Positions 9,642 through 18,714 of a stretch of DNA of 52,103 bases are shown here, piece by piece (within the stretch, counting starts at the first letter, position 1; every line of letters starts with the position of its first letter). Position numbers and translations under genes: made by a program. The DNA is taken from assembly GCA_043804695.1 (NCBI GenBank), contig JAZDIV010000052.1, positions 1-52,103 of the forward strand. The letters run 5' to 3'. The notes under the pieces were generated by a model that ran no database searches, was not told where the DNA came from, and worked only from the letters and a program-made list of their open reading frames with translations. This DNA comes from PVC group bacterium (GTDB lineage: Bacteria > Auribacterota > Erginobacteria > Erginobacterales > Erginobacteraceae).

Positions 9642-11312
9642 ATGTTAAAAAAGATTAAAAAAGCGGTTTGGTACACCGGCCTGATATCTACGGTTATTAT
9701 TTCGGCCGGTTTTTCCATTTTCGCGTATCATTATCTGTTAAAACCCCAGGGTACCTTTGGCTGGGATGAGTCTCACCGCGCCTCGTATGGAATAATTGTT
9801 GCTCATGCCGTCAAAACCGGTAATTGGGGCACCTTCTGGAGTGTGACCAACCGACAGATAGTCGGTTGGCCCTTTTTCCACTCCTGGGTGGTTGCGTCAG
9901 GGCTACTGCTGTTCGGATTTACTTTTATTGGGGCCCGTCTCTCCAGCCTTGTGTTATTTTTTCTATCTGTTCCTCTCGTCTATTTAATCGCCACTGAACT
10001 AAACGGAAAAAAGTCCATCTTAACCGGAATTATCGCTGCTTTTTTTTATGCCAGCTCACCACTAATTTTATACTACTCAACCGTGGCGATGATAGAACTA
10101 CTCGGCTTGTTTCTAACTTTACTTGTAGCCTATTTATATTTCCGGGCTTGGGAATCGAGAAGCAGTGTTTGCTATCTGCTGGTTGGCTTTTTTACCGCAG
10201 TCCTTTTTCTTTCCAAGTATCAATATGGCCTGTTCATGCTTTTATCGTTACTTGTCGACAGCTTCTTGCGCTGGCTGAAGCTCGGAAAGAACGCTTTGAA
10301 ATCACCTGCTTTGATCCTCGTTGCTTTTGTCGTGGTGATTGTTATCTGGCTGTTCGGTTCCATTCCGGTGCTCAAAATTAAAGCCTTTATTCACACCTTG
10401 AAGGAATCAGGCGGTCACGTACCATCCCTGAATTTTACTCCGACAGATAGAAGGCTCTTTTACCTAAGAAGCTTTGCCAGTTATTATCCAGCCGGTATCC
10501 TGGCTTTTCTTGTTATAATCCCCGGGTTTATCTATTCAGTTTACAAACTGCTGAAATCTCATTTGCGTTTTCTTTTTGTATATCCGGTTGTAAATATATC
10601 GTTAATATCGATCTCGATTAATACGCAAGACAGGTATTGCATACTATCGATGCCTTTTCTTTTCATCCTGGGCGCGTTTTTTCTGGTTGAGGCGGGAGCG
10701 TGGTTCAAGAAAAAGTCTTCCCGCCTGATCTATTCGGCTCTAGTCCTAACAGTTTTTATCGGAGATATTTATAAATTCCCCCTGTACTACCGGCAGGTTC
10801 CCAACCGTCTTCATTCAGGCGGCGGTCGGGTCGGTTGGATGGAAAATAAAATCGATTATTCTTTCTTCTATAATCTTTTTAAGTTGCCAACTTTCCTCCA
10901 GCAGCCCGCCTTTTACCTAAACCCGGAAGCAGACTACGCCGCTCCTAAACATAATTGGCAAGACGTCTGGGAATACATCTACAGGGTAATTGATAAAAGG
11001 GGGCCCTTATGCTGCCTGACTTACCATCAAAGATTCTCCCCCCACATGCTTCATTGGTTCAGTTATGCTTACGATGTGCCCGTGTTTACATCCTGGGAGC
11101 CAAGATGTAGATTCTTCGCAACGTTAATCATAGACCCATTATCTGTCTATTATACGGAAGAGGGGAAAAGAATGGCTGAAAGCCGCAATAAAGACTGGTC
11201 TCTTTTCTTGAACGATTTGGAAAGGAAGGGGCTGATTAAACTAGTCGCCCAACGAAATTTTTCGGACATTAAGGTACTGGTAAAAGTTTTTGAAAGGCGA
11301 GACGAGGATTAA
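9642..11312 (+). CDS. ArnT/PMT-like (GT-C) membrane glycosyltransferase
   Basis: GWDESH first-loop motif, WPFFHSW, ARLSSL, LSKYQYG, many TM helices. Confidence 0.75.
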   Translation: MLKKIKKAVWYTGLISTVIISAGFSIFAYHYLLKPQGTFGWDESHRASYGIIVAHAVKTGNWGTFWSVTNRQIVGWPFFHSWVVASGLLLFGFTFIGARLSSLVLFFLSVPLVYLIATELNGKKSILTGIIAAFFYASSPLILYYSTVAMIELLGLFLTLLVAYLYFRAWESRSSVCYLLVGFFTAVLFLSKYQYGLFMLLSLLVDSFLRWLKLGKNALKSPALILVAFVVVIVIWLFGSIPVLKIKAFIHTLKESGGHVPSLNFTPTDRRLFYLRSFASYYPAGILAFLVIIPGFIYSVYKLLKSHLRFLFVYPVVNISLISISINTQDRYCILSMPFLFILGAFFLVEAGAWFKKKSSRLIYSALVLTVFIGDIYKFPLYYRQVPNRLHSGGGRVGWMENKIDYSFFYNLFKLPTFLQQPAFYLNPEADYAAPKHNWQDVWEYIYRVIDKRGPLCCLTYHQRFSPHMLHWFSYAYDVPVFTSWEPRCRFFATLIIDPLSVYYTEEGKRMAESRNKDWSLFLNDLERKGLIKLVAQRNFSDIKVLVKVFERRDED

Positions 11313-11392
11313 CCCGGTTGCTTTGTGCTGCAACTCGTGGTACTGTGCCGGCTTGCAATAACCGATTACGCAAGGGGAGGAGCAGCAAGACT

Positions 11393-11956
11393 ATGGAAAA
11401 AATCATGAAAGACTATCTATCAAGCATCAAGGCGTGTTTGGAAAGCCTGCCACTGGACAAGCTCTCCTGCGCGGTTAGTCTGATGCTGAAGGCAATCGCG
11501 GCAGGAAAACAGATTATCATCTTCGGAAACGGGGGATCCGCCTCCACCGCAGCTCATTTTGTCTGCGATCTGGCTAAAGGGGTCTTTACCGGGGGAGGTC
11601 CCAGGATAAAAGCGCTCTCTTTAAACGACTGCATCCCTCTGATGACCGCTTGGTCAAATGACGAGGGATATGATAGAGTTTTTGTGGAGCCCCTGGCTAA
11701 CTACCTGGAGGAAGGGGACCTAGTAATCGGAATCTCCGCCAGCGGGAACTCTCCCAACGTCCTCCGGGCGATCGAGTACGCCAACCGCCACGGGGCGGTG
11801 ACGGTCGGGTTGGTGGGGAAGGGGGGAGGAGAACTGGCCGATCTCGCGCAGCTATCGATCGTGGTCAAGAGCGACTCCTATGAAGAGGTGGAAGATATCC
11901 ATGTCGTCATCACCCACATGCTGAAGCTGGCCCTGATCCAAAAGCTAAGCGAATGA
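11393..11956 (+). CDS. gmhA: SIS-domain phosphoheptose isomerase
   Basis: IFGNGGSASTAAHF, TAWSND, ISASGNSPNV, EEVEDIH. Confidence 0.85.
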   Translation: MEKIMKDYLSSIKACLESLPLDKLSCAVSLMLKAIAAGKQIIIFGNGGSASTAAHFVCDLAKGVFTGGGPRIKALSLNDCIPLMTAWSNDEGYDRVFVEPLANYLEEGDLVIGISASGNSPNVLRAIEYANRHGAVTVGLVGKGGGELADLAQLSIVVKSDSYEEVEDIHVVITHMLKLALIQKLSE

Positions 11957-12260
11957 TATTCGATTAGATCCCCGGAATATCACTTATATGGAACTTCTGC
12001 AAGGAGCTCGGAATAGACAGGAAGTAAAAAACATAAAGAGCTTATTAATTGAATTTAATCTTGAGATTGTCCCGTTGTCCGAAAATACAGGACACCGGGC
12101 TTCAATTTACATGGAAGAGTACGGCCTTAAAACAACGATCTGTCTTGCTGACGTCCTGATAGCAGCCACGGCGGTTGAGGATGGATTTATCCTCTGCACA
12201 GGTAATGTAAAACATTATCGGCCGATTAAAGACCTCACGATAAAACCATTCAGACCATAA
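11953..12260 (+). pseudogene. PIN-domain (VapC-like) toxin, internally deleted and frameshifted
   Basis: ATG ATA TTC GAT TAG (MIFD*, a typical PIN start) at 11953; another frame then gives ITYMELLQG...LADVLIAATA...TGNVKHYRPI. Confidence 0.7.
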
Positions 12261-12358
12261 TTCAGAGAAGATGCCCGGCTTTATTTCGACGGCGGCGAAC
12301 AGCCGGCGAGCAGGTGAATTCAATTGTTGTTGAATAGTCTGGTTTTATTTCACACGGC

Positions 12359-13687
12359 GTGAAAATCATTGAATACAACGAAAGCATCTGGCCGGCGCTG
12401 AAGAAGAGGCTGGAAAAGGATGCCTTTCCCCCGGACAAGCTGGAATCGGTGAGAAAGATCGTGCAGGCGGTCCGGGAAAGGGGAGACGCCGCGGTAAGGG
12501 AATTCACCCTCAGATTCGACGGGGTGAAGCCGGCCTCTTTCCGCGTCGCCCCGGCCGCGATCCGGAGCGCCCGGAAAGTCGTTACCCCGGAGCTGAAAAA
12601 TGTCTTCCGCCGGGTGGAGAAAAACATCCGGGATTTCAGTTCACTGACGCGGGCGACGTCATGGCGGAAGGGAAGGGGGGACGGTCTGATCTGGGGGGAG
12701 CAGGTCACCCCCGTCGGAAGAGCGGGCATCTACATCCCCGGGGGGAAGGCCCCGCTCGTTTCTTCCGTTTTCATGACCGTGATCCCGGCCCGGCTGGCCG
12801 GTGTCCCCCGGATTATCCTGGCCACGCCGCCCCGGGGCGACGGGACGATCAGCCCGTATATTGCGGCCGCCGCCGATTTTCTGGGGGTGACCGAGATCTA
12901 CGCAATCGGCGGGGCCCAGGCGATCGCGGCGATGGCTTTCGGGACCCGGTCGATCCCCCGGGTGGACAAGATAGTGGGACCGGGGAATATCTACGTCACC
13001 CTGGCCAAGAAAATGGTTTTCGGCTATGTCGGCATCGACAGCCTGGCCGGGCCGAGTGAGGTGGCGATTCTGGCCGACGGGAAAGCAAGCGCCCGGTATA
13101 TAGCAGCCGATCTCCTGGCGCAGGCGGAGCACGGGGCGGGCGGGATCTCAATCCTGGTGACGCCCTCGAAGCGGTTGATCGAGGCGGTCGCGCGCGAGGC
13201 GGATGCCCTGGCAGCGCGGCGGGGAAGGGCGGCTATTCTCCGGCGCGCGCTCCAGGCCGGGGTTTCCCTGGTCAGGGTTAAGAGCCTGAGCGAGGGGATC
13301 GAGTTGATCAACCGGATCGCCCCCGAACACCTGGAGATCATGACCGCTGATCCCGTGAAAACGCTGAAAAAGGTGCGAAACGCCGGGGCGATCTTCATCG
13401 GGGATCTCAGCCCGGTCGCGGCCGGGGACTACATCTCCGGCCCCAGTCATGTCCTTCCGACCGGGGGGAGCGCGCGGTTCGCGTCTCTACTCTCGGCCAA
13501 CGACTTCTTGAAGAAGAGCAGCCTGATCCGGTATAACCGGGGGGCATTAAAAAATGACCTCCCGGCGATCGAGCTGATAGCGGGGCTGGAAGGCCTTGAC
13601 GCCCACGCCCTCTCTGCCCGGGTCCGGCTGGGAAAAAACCGCGCGAATCCAAAGAAGGCTGAAAGTCGAGCGATATGCCTGATATGA
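12359..13687 (+). CDS. hisD: Histidinol dehydrogenase
   Basis: GIYIPGG, GGAQAIAAMAFG, IVGPGNIYV, AGPSEV, QAEHG, APEHL, GPSHVLPT. Confidence 0.97.
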   Translation: MKIIEYNESIWPALKKRLEKDAFPPDKLESVRKIVQAVRERGDAAVREFTLRFDGVKPASFRVAPAAIRSARKVVTPELKNVFRRVEKNIRDFSSLTRATSWRKGRGDGLIWGEQVTPVGRAGIYIPGGKAPLVSSVFMTVIPARLAGVPRIILATPPRGDGTISPYIAAAADFLGVTEIYAIGGAQAIAAMAFGTRSIPRVDKIVGPGNIYVTLAKKMVFGYVGIDSLAGPSEVAILADGKASARYIAADLLAQAEHGAGGISILVTPSKRLIEAVAREADALAARRGRAAILRRALQAGVSLVRVKSLSEGIELINRIAPEHLEIMTADPVKTLKKVRNAGAIFIGDLSPVAAGDYISGPSHVLPTGGSARFASLLSANDFLKKSSLIRYNRGALKNDLPAIELIAGLEGLDAHALSARVRLGKNRANPKKAESRAICLI

Positions 13688-13689
13688 CG

Positions 13690-14169
13690 TTACGTCCGCC
13701 CTTTTTGCTTATTCACCCAGTAATCACGGAATAAACGGAGACGGGGAAGTGACTCCCGGTCTTTGACCCGGCCGGCGGCGGCCTTGCTGGCAATGATATC
13801 GTCAATATGGCAGACCGGGAATCGTTCCACGTCGACATGACGTTTCCAGGCGTCCTCGAAACGCTCTATGCCATCCGGGGCGAAGACCAGATCAAGGTCA
13901 AAAGGGCCGTTTCTCAGCTGCACAAAGTCCTTGCCCTTCTCAATCTCCCCGATCTCTTTCTTGGACAGCGAGAAACCCAGTTTCCGCAAGGCTACAGTCA
14001 CCGCCCGGCAATTGGAGGGAGTTTTTTTAATAAACAGATCGGCATCCTGAGTTGTGTCAGGAAATCCCAGAAGAATGGCGCCGGATTTGCCGATGAAGAG
14101 ATACTTTACGCCGGTCTCTTGAAAAGCATCGCGGACTTCCTGAGCTTGCTTATAATCAAATGAGCCCAT
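13690..14169 (-). CDS. Minimal Pol-beta-superfamily nucleotidyltransferase (DUF6036-like)
   Basis: YLFIGKSGAILLG-x3-TTQDADLF (G...DxD), DLDLVF, C-terminal IIASKAAAGRVKD. Confidence 0.75.
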   Translation of the reverse strand: MGSFDYKQAQEVRDAFQETGVKYLFIGKSGAILLGFPDTTQDADLFIKKTPSNCRAVTVALRKLGFSLSKKEIGEIEKGKDFVQLRNGPFDLDLVFAPDGIERFEDAWKRHVDVERFPVCHIDDIIASKAAAGRVKDRESLPRLRLFRDYWVNKQKGRT

Positions 14170-14386
14170 ACCCTAACCACTTCGGCAGATGCTTGTCACA
14201 CCACTCTCGATAGTCTTTCATGGTATCAAACGCGCGGAAACGCGCGTCATCGAGCACCGGCTTGTAAGTGTGAATGAAAGCGTAACGCATGCGTGTTTGC
14301 AAAGGCCGCCTCGCCGCCGCTTCAAACTCCTCCAGCCAGGCGGCTGGGATATAATTTTTGTCTGTTTGGCTTTTCAGGCTTTTCAT
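14156..14386 (-). CDS. Small hypothetical protein, translationally coupled to the nucleotidyltransferase
   Basis: 76-aa ORF overlapping the NTase start by 14 nt; protein-like composition (YKPVLDD, YREWCDKHLPKWLGY). Confidence 0.65.
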   Translation of the reverse strand: MKSLKSQTDKNYIPAAWLEEFEAAARRPLQTRMRYAFIHTYKPVLDDARFRAFDTMKDYREWCDKHLPKWLGYGLI

Positions 14387-14538
14387 TCAACGTTGATTAT
14401 TGCAGATTACTTCCACTTCCCGCAACACTTAATTATGATTTCGGATTGAAATAAATGGAGTTTGTTTTTTAGGCCGAAGTGACCTAAAATCCATGTTTTA
14501 TTTTGACTTGTTCGCTATAATCATATAAGCTTCGTTAA

Positions 14539-15582
14539 ATGACCTGGTTCAGAGACAATATCGCGGCATTGGAGCCGTATGTTCCCGGTTTCCAGCCGAA
14601 GGAAGCGGGGTTCATCAAGCTGAACACCAACGAAAACCCCTATCCCCCCTCTGCGCGGGCGATTCAGGAGATCCGGGAGATCGCCTCGGACGTCGTGCGC
14701 CGCTATCCCGACCCGCGCTCGGACCGGCTGCGGGAGACGATCGCCTGCGTCTACGGCTTTCAGCCGGAAAATATCATCGTCGGGAACGGTTCCGACGAAC
14801 TCCTCTCCATCGCCTTCCGGTCTTTTGCCGGGGAAGGAGACCGGGTCGCCTTCCCGACGCCGTCCTACAGCCTCTTCGGGGTCCTGGCCCGCATCCAGGG
14901 GGCGGAGGTCCGCGAGTATTCCCTGAATGACGATTTCAGCCTCCCGGAAGCGTTCTACGGCGCTCCGGCCTCGATCAAGCTGATCGCATCGCCCAACTCG
15001 CCCACCGGGACCTTCTATCCGGCGAAGGTCATCAACCGGATCCTCGAAGAGAGCGGGGGGATCGTGCTGGTGGACGAGGCCTACGTTGATTTCGCCGAGG
15101 ATAACTGTCTCTCCCTCGTCACCCGGTACCCCAACCTGCTGGTCACCCGGACCTGCTCGAAATCGTACGCCCTGGCCGGCCTCCGGGTCGGATATGCCTT
15201 CGGGGCGGCGGAGATCATCTCCGGGATGATGAAGGTCAAGGACTCCTACAATCTGAATGCCCTCAGCGTCGCCGCCGCGGCGGCGCTGGAGGACCGGGAG
15301 TATTTCCAGAAGACCGTCGCCTTGATCACGGCGGAGAGAGAGAAACTCATGGCTTCACTCTCCCGGCTCGGGTTCACGGTCTTCCCGTCCGGGGCCAACT
15401 TCATTCTCTGCCGGCCGCCGGGGGGCAACGCGAAAATGATTTATGAGGCTCTCGTGGCCCGGAAAATTTTGATCAGGTTTTTCGACACCCCCCGCTTGAA
15501 AGAGTATCTGCGGATCAGCATCGGGACCCCGGACGAGATGGATATTCTGGTCGAAGCGATCAGGGAGCAACTGGGGTTCTAA
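14539..15582 (+). CDS. hisC: Histidinol-phosphate aminotransferase
   Basis: IKLNTNENPYPPS, GNGSDE, DEAYVDF, RTCSKSYALAGLRVG. Confidence 0.96.
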   Translation: MTWFRDNIAALEPYVPGFQPKEAGFIKLNTNENPYPPSARAIQEIREIASDVVRRYPDPRSDRLRETIACVYGFQPENIIVGNGSDELLSIAFRSFAGEGDRVAFPTPSYSLFGVLARIQGAEVREYSLNDDFSLPEAFYGAPASIKLIASPNSPTGTFYPAKVINRILEESGGIVLVDEAYVDFAEDNCLSLVTRYPNLLVTRTCSKSYALAGLRVGYAFGAAEIISGMMKVKDSYNLNALSVAAAAALEDREYFQKTVALITAEREKLMASLSRLGFTVFPSGANFILCRPPGGNAKMIYEALVARKILIRFFDTPRLKEYLRISIGTPDEMDILVEAIREQLGF

Positions 15583-15584
15583 CG

Positions 15585-15860
15585 CCCCCGGCGGGCTTGT
15601 CCCGCCGGAGCGGAAGTTCATCAGCTACTCCGGGAGAACACATATGTTCACGGCCCCTGCCGGTTTATCCGGCAGGGGAGAAAGTTCCGGGCAGCCGGTG
15701 AACTCATTCACCTGCCGGATAAACCGGCAGGGGTCGTATGATGGATGGGCTACTTTGTAGCTGCTGAACTTATTCACCCGCGGCATAAAGCCGCGGGGAT
15801 CTCGAGAGGAATGAAACGGCGCCCGTAACCGATGAACTGATTCTCCGACATCATAAAGTT
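15585..15860. repeat. Cluster of GTAG-type REP-like hairpins
   Basis: CCCCTGCCGG-TTTAT-CCGGCAGGGG (15654-15678), CCTGCCGG-ATAAA-CCGGCAGG (15711-15731), GTAGCTGCTGAACTT...CCCGCGGC-ATAAA-GCCGCGGG (15757-15797), and an inverse AAGTTCATCAGCTAC ending at 15628. Confidence 0.75.
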
Positions 15861-15988
15861 TACCCGTCGGAGACGGGCCGCGGAGGACTGCGAATCAATA
15901 ATAATACAGAAATAAGGCTTCTCCCATAAAAACAGCAGAGATAAAAATTCCTGATTCCCTGCTTCCCCAAGAAAAAAGAAGGAGCGTT

Positions 15989-16579
15989 ATGAAGACAAGA
16001 ACAGCCCGGATTACCCGAAAAACAAAAGAAACCGACATCTCCATCCGGCTTACCGTTGACGGGGAGGGTACGGGCTCGATCAATACCGGGATACCCTTCG
16101 TCGACCACATGCTCGAGCTCTTCAGCCGGCACGGCCTTTTCAACCTGACGGTGAAAGCGAAAGGGGACCTCGGGGTTGATTACCATCACACCGTTGAAGA
16201 CGTGGGGATCTGTCTCGGGCAGGCGTTTTCACAGGCACTGGGGAAGAAGCAGGGGATCCGCCGTTACGGGGAGGCGACCGTGCCGATGGACGAGGCGCTC
16301 GCCGCGGTCGCCGTTGACCTGGGGGGGCGGAGCTTCCTGGCCTATAACCTTAAAATCCGCCGGATCAAGATCGGGGATTTTAACGTGGGCTTATTCAAGG
16401 AGTTTTTCAAGGCGTTCGCGGATCAGGGACGGCTGGCCCTGCACATCAACGTGGCCTACGGGGACGACGTGCATCACATCGTCGAGGCCGTCTTCAAAGC
16501 CTTCGGACGGGCGCTCCGGGCGGCGGCCGAGCTCGATCCCCGGGTGAAAGGGGTCCCGTCAACGAAAGGGAGGCTATAA
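15989..16579 (+). CDS. hisB: Imidazoleglycerol-phosphate dehydratase
   Basis: [38 protein letters not shown]. Confidence 0.97.
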   Translation: MKTRTARITRKTKETDISIRLTVDGEGTGSINTGIPFVDHMLELFSRHGLFNLTVKAKGDLGVDYHHTVEDVGICLGQAFSQALGKKQGIRRYGEATVPMDEALAAVAVDLGGRSFLAYNLKIRRIKIGDFNVGLFKEFFKAFADQGRLALHINVAYGDDVHHIVEAVFKAFGRALRAAAELDPRVKGVPSTKGRL

Positions 16580-16585
16580 AGCCCC

Positions 16586-16667
16586 GGAGTGATGGAATAA
16601 TGGAGTAATGGAATGATGGCCGCTGTCATTCCTCCAACACTCCAGCATTCCAATACTCCAGTACTCC
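16586..16667. repeat. Opposed 8-mer microrepeat arrays (GGARTRAT / ACTCCA-type)
   Basis: ggagtgat ggaataat ggagtaat ggaatgat ... ccaacact ccagcatt ccaatact ccagtact. Confidence 0.8.
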
Positions 16668-16706
16668 CTGTCGCAGTTAGGTGAATGTTCGGACGAAGTT
16701 CATACG

Positions 16707-17429
16707 ATGCTCATAATACCCGCAGTTGATATCAAGAACGGCCGCTGTGTCCGCCTTTTCCAGGGGAGAGCCGACCGGGAGACCGTCTATTCCGAGGACC
16801 CGGCGGCGATGGCCCGAAGATGGGAAGGGGAGGGGGCCGAGTTCCTCCACGTGGTCGATCTGGATGGGGCGTTCGCGGGGGAGTTGAAAAACTGGGGGGC
16901 AGTCAAAGAGATCATCCGTTCCGTCGAGGTGCCGGTTGAACTGGGGGGAGGGATCCGCTCCCTGGAGACGATCGAGATGCTGCTCAACGGCGGCGTCGCC
17001 CGGGTTGTCATCGGGAGCCGGGCGGCCGATTCCCTTGACTTCCTCCGGGAGATCTTCGGGGAGTTCAGGGGCCGGGTCGTCCCCTCCATCGACGCCCGGG
17101 ATGGCCGGGTCCTGGTCAAAGGCTGGTCCGAAGAAACCGACCTGGAAGCCGCCGATCTGGGGAAGGATCTGAAAAAGATCGGCTTCCGGCTGGTCATTTA
17201 TACCGACACCGCCGTTGACGGGACGCTCCGGGGGCCGAACCTTTCCGCGATTGAAGGCTTTCTCGACGAGACATCGTTGACGGCCATCGCCGCGGGGGGC
17301 GTCTCCCGTCTGGAGGACGTGAAGCAGCTTAAAAAGCTGGAGGGGAAAGGGCTGGCCGGCGTCATTACCGGGAAGGCCATCTACGACGGGACCCTGGACC
17401 TGAAGGAGGCGATCCAGGCTGCCCGATGA
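16707..17429 (+). CDS. hisA: ProFAR isomerase
   Basis: IIPAVDIKNGRCVRL, HVVDLDGA, GGGIR, YTDTAVDGTLRG, AAGGVS. Confidence 0.97.
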   Translation: MLIIPAVDIKNGRCVRLFQGRADRETVYSEDPAAMARRWEGEGAEFLHVVDLDGAFAGELKNWGAVKEIIRSVEVPVELGGGIRSLETIEMLLNGGVARVVIGSRAADSLDFLREIFGEFRGRVVPSIDARDGRVLVKGWSEETDLEAADLGKDLKKIGFRLVIYTDTAVDGTLRGPNLSAIEGFLDETSLTAIAAGGVSRLEDVKQLKKLEGKGLAGVITGKAIYDGTLDLKEAIQAAR

Positions 17430-17513
17430 GGGTACAGGTCGGCATGGCAAAACACTGGAAGAAGGGCAAACGGAACTGTCACAGTCCCTTGTAAAACATT
17501 AAGAAGTGTATCA

Positions 17514-17924
17514 ATGAACGATTTAGAAGAAGGAAATGAACTGAAACTTGATTTCAATAAGATCGCCCGGGTGGCGGAGAACTGCCCGGACGTGATCCCG
17601 GTGGCGCTCCAGGATATCGATACCGGCGAAGTGATCCTGATCGCCTACACCAACGAGGAGGCTTTCCAAAAAGCCGTCTCGGCCCGCACCGTCGTCCTCT
17701 GGTCCACCTCGCGCAACAAACTGTGGGAAAAGGGAAAAACATCGGGGGAGACCTTCGACCTGGTGGAGGCGTACGTGAACTGCGAGCAGAATTCACTGGT
17801 CTATCGAGTGAGACCGCGCCGGGGGGGCATCTGTCACACAAAAAACCGGCAGGACAAACCAAGAAATTGCTATTACCGCCGGATAGATTTTGATAGCATG
17901 ATCTTACAGAATATCGACCCCTAA
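17514..17924 (+). CDS. hisI: Phosphoribosyl-AMP cyclohydrolase (divergent subtype)
   Basis: IPVALQD, WSTSRNKLWEKGKTSG, NCEQNS, ICHT, NCYYR. Confidence 0.88.
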   Translation: MNDLEEGNELKLDFNKIARVAENCPDVIPVALQDIDTGEVILIAYTNEEAFQKAVSARTVVLWSTSRNKLWEKGKTSGETFDLVEAYVNCEQNSLVYRVRPRRGGICHTKNRQDKPRNCYYRRIDFDSMILQNIDP

Positions 17925-18000
17925 CTTAATTTACTGTTTCGGAATTGAAAAATTGAATACCCATTTAAAGTTTGATCAGCCGTCGGGAGGATAAAAGCCG

Positions 18001-18134
18001 TATCAGCGGATCAGATAATCAGGAGATCAGTGAGAAGGGGATCAGAATATCAGAGGATCGGTCGGCGAGGCCGTCCTGGCCTGATAACCTGATATTCTGA
18101 TATTCTGCCCACTGATATCCTGATAATCTGATAT
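18001..18134. repeat. Opposed 8-mer microrepeat arrays (ATCAG / CTGAT)
   Basis: tatcagcg gatcagat aatcagga gatcagtg...tatcagag versus ctgataac ctgatatt ctgatatt...ctgatatc ctgataat ctgatat. Confidence 0.8.
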
Positions 18135-18198
18135 TCACTTTCTCCAATCGGGTTAACCAGTGCGGCCGGAAGGCCGGACAGAAAAAGGAGGTGTGGCA

Positions 18199-18519
18199 AT
18201 GATTGAAAAAGGGTTTCTGGGAACAATCTTTGACTTTTCGTTCACGGAATTCGTTACCACCAAGGTAATCAAATTCCTGCTCGGCCTGGCCATAGTCGTC
18301 AACGCGATCATCACCATTGTCATGATCGTGAACGGCTTCAACAACAGCGCCATTCTGGGAATCGTCATCCTGATCCTCTCTCCGGTGGTCTACCTGGTTT
18401 TGATGCTCTTCTCGAGGATTTATCTTGAGCTGATCATCGTCATCTTCCGGATCGCGGAGAACCTGATCGCCATCAGGGAAAAGCTGGGCAGCGGGGGAGA
18501 AGGGCCTCAAAACGCCTAA
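18199..18519 (+). CDS. DUF4282-like small membrane protein
   Basis: KGFLGTIFDFSFTEFVTTKVIK...RIYLELIIVIFRIAENL; AGGAGG RBS. Confidence 0.85.
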   Translation: MIEKGFLGTIFDFSFTEFVTTKVIKFLLGLAIVVNAIITIVMIVNGFNNSAILGIVILILSPVVYLVLMLFSRIYLELIIVIFRIAENLIAIREKLGSGGEGPQNA

Positions 18520-18619
18520 GTACCTGCTTCGGAATTTCAAAAACGGTAACGGCCGCCTCGCTGGGCTCACGTAACCGTAACCGGCAGACGAAACGGGCAT
18601 CGTCACCGTAACCGTAACC

Positions 18620-18647
18620 AAGTTGCGCCGAAGGCGCTAATTTATAA
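18620..18647. repeat. ATAAATTAGC/GCTAATTTAT hairpin family, copy 1 (degenerate left arm)
   Basis: AAGTTGCGCCGAAGGCGCTAATTTATAA. Confidence 0.75.
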
Positions 18648-18714
18648 GCAGGGGGAGCAGATCATCAACCCTCCCGGCGGGACAGATCAGGCAATTTTCA
18701 GCTCCCGCGGGAAA

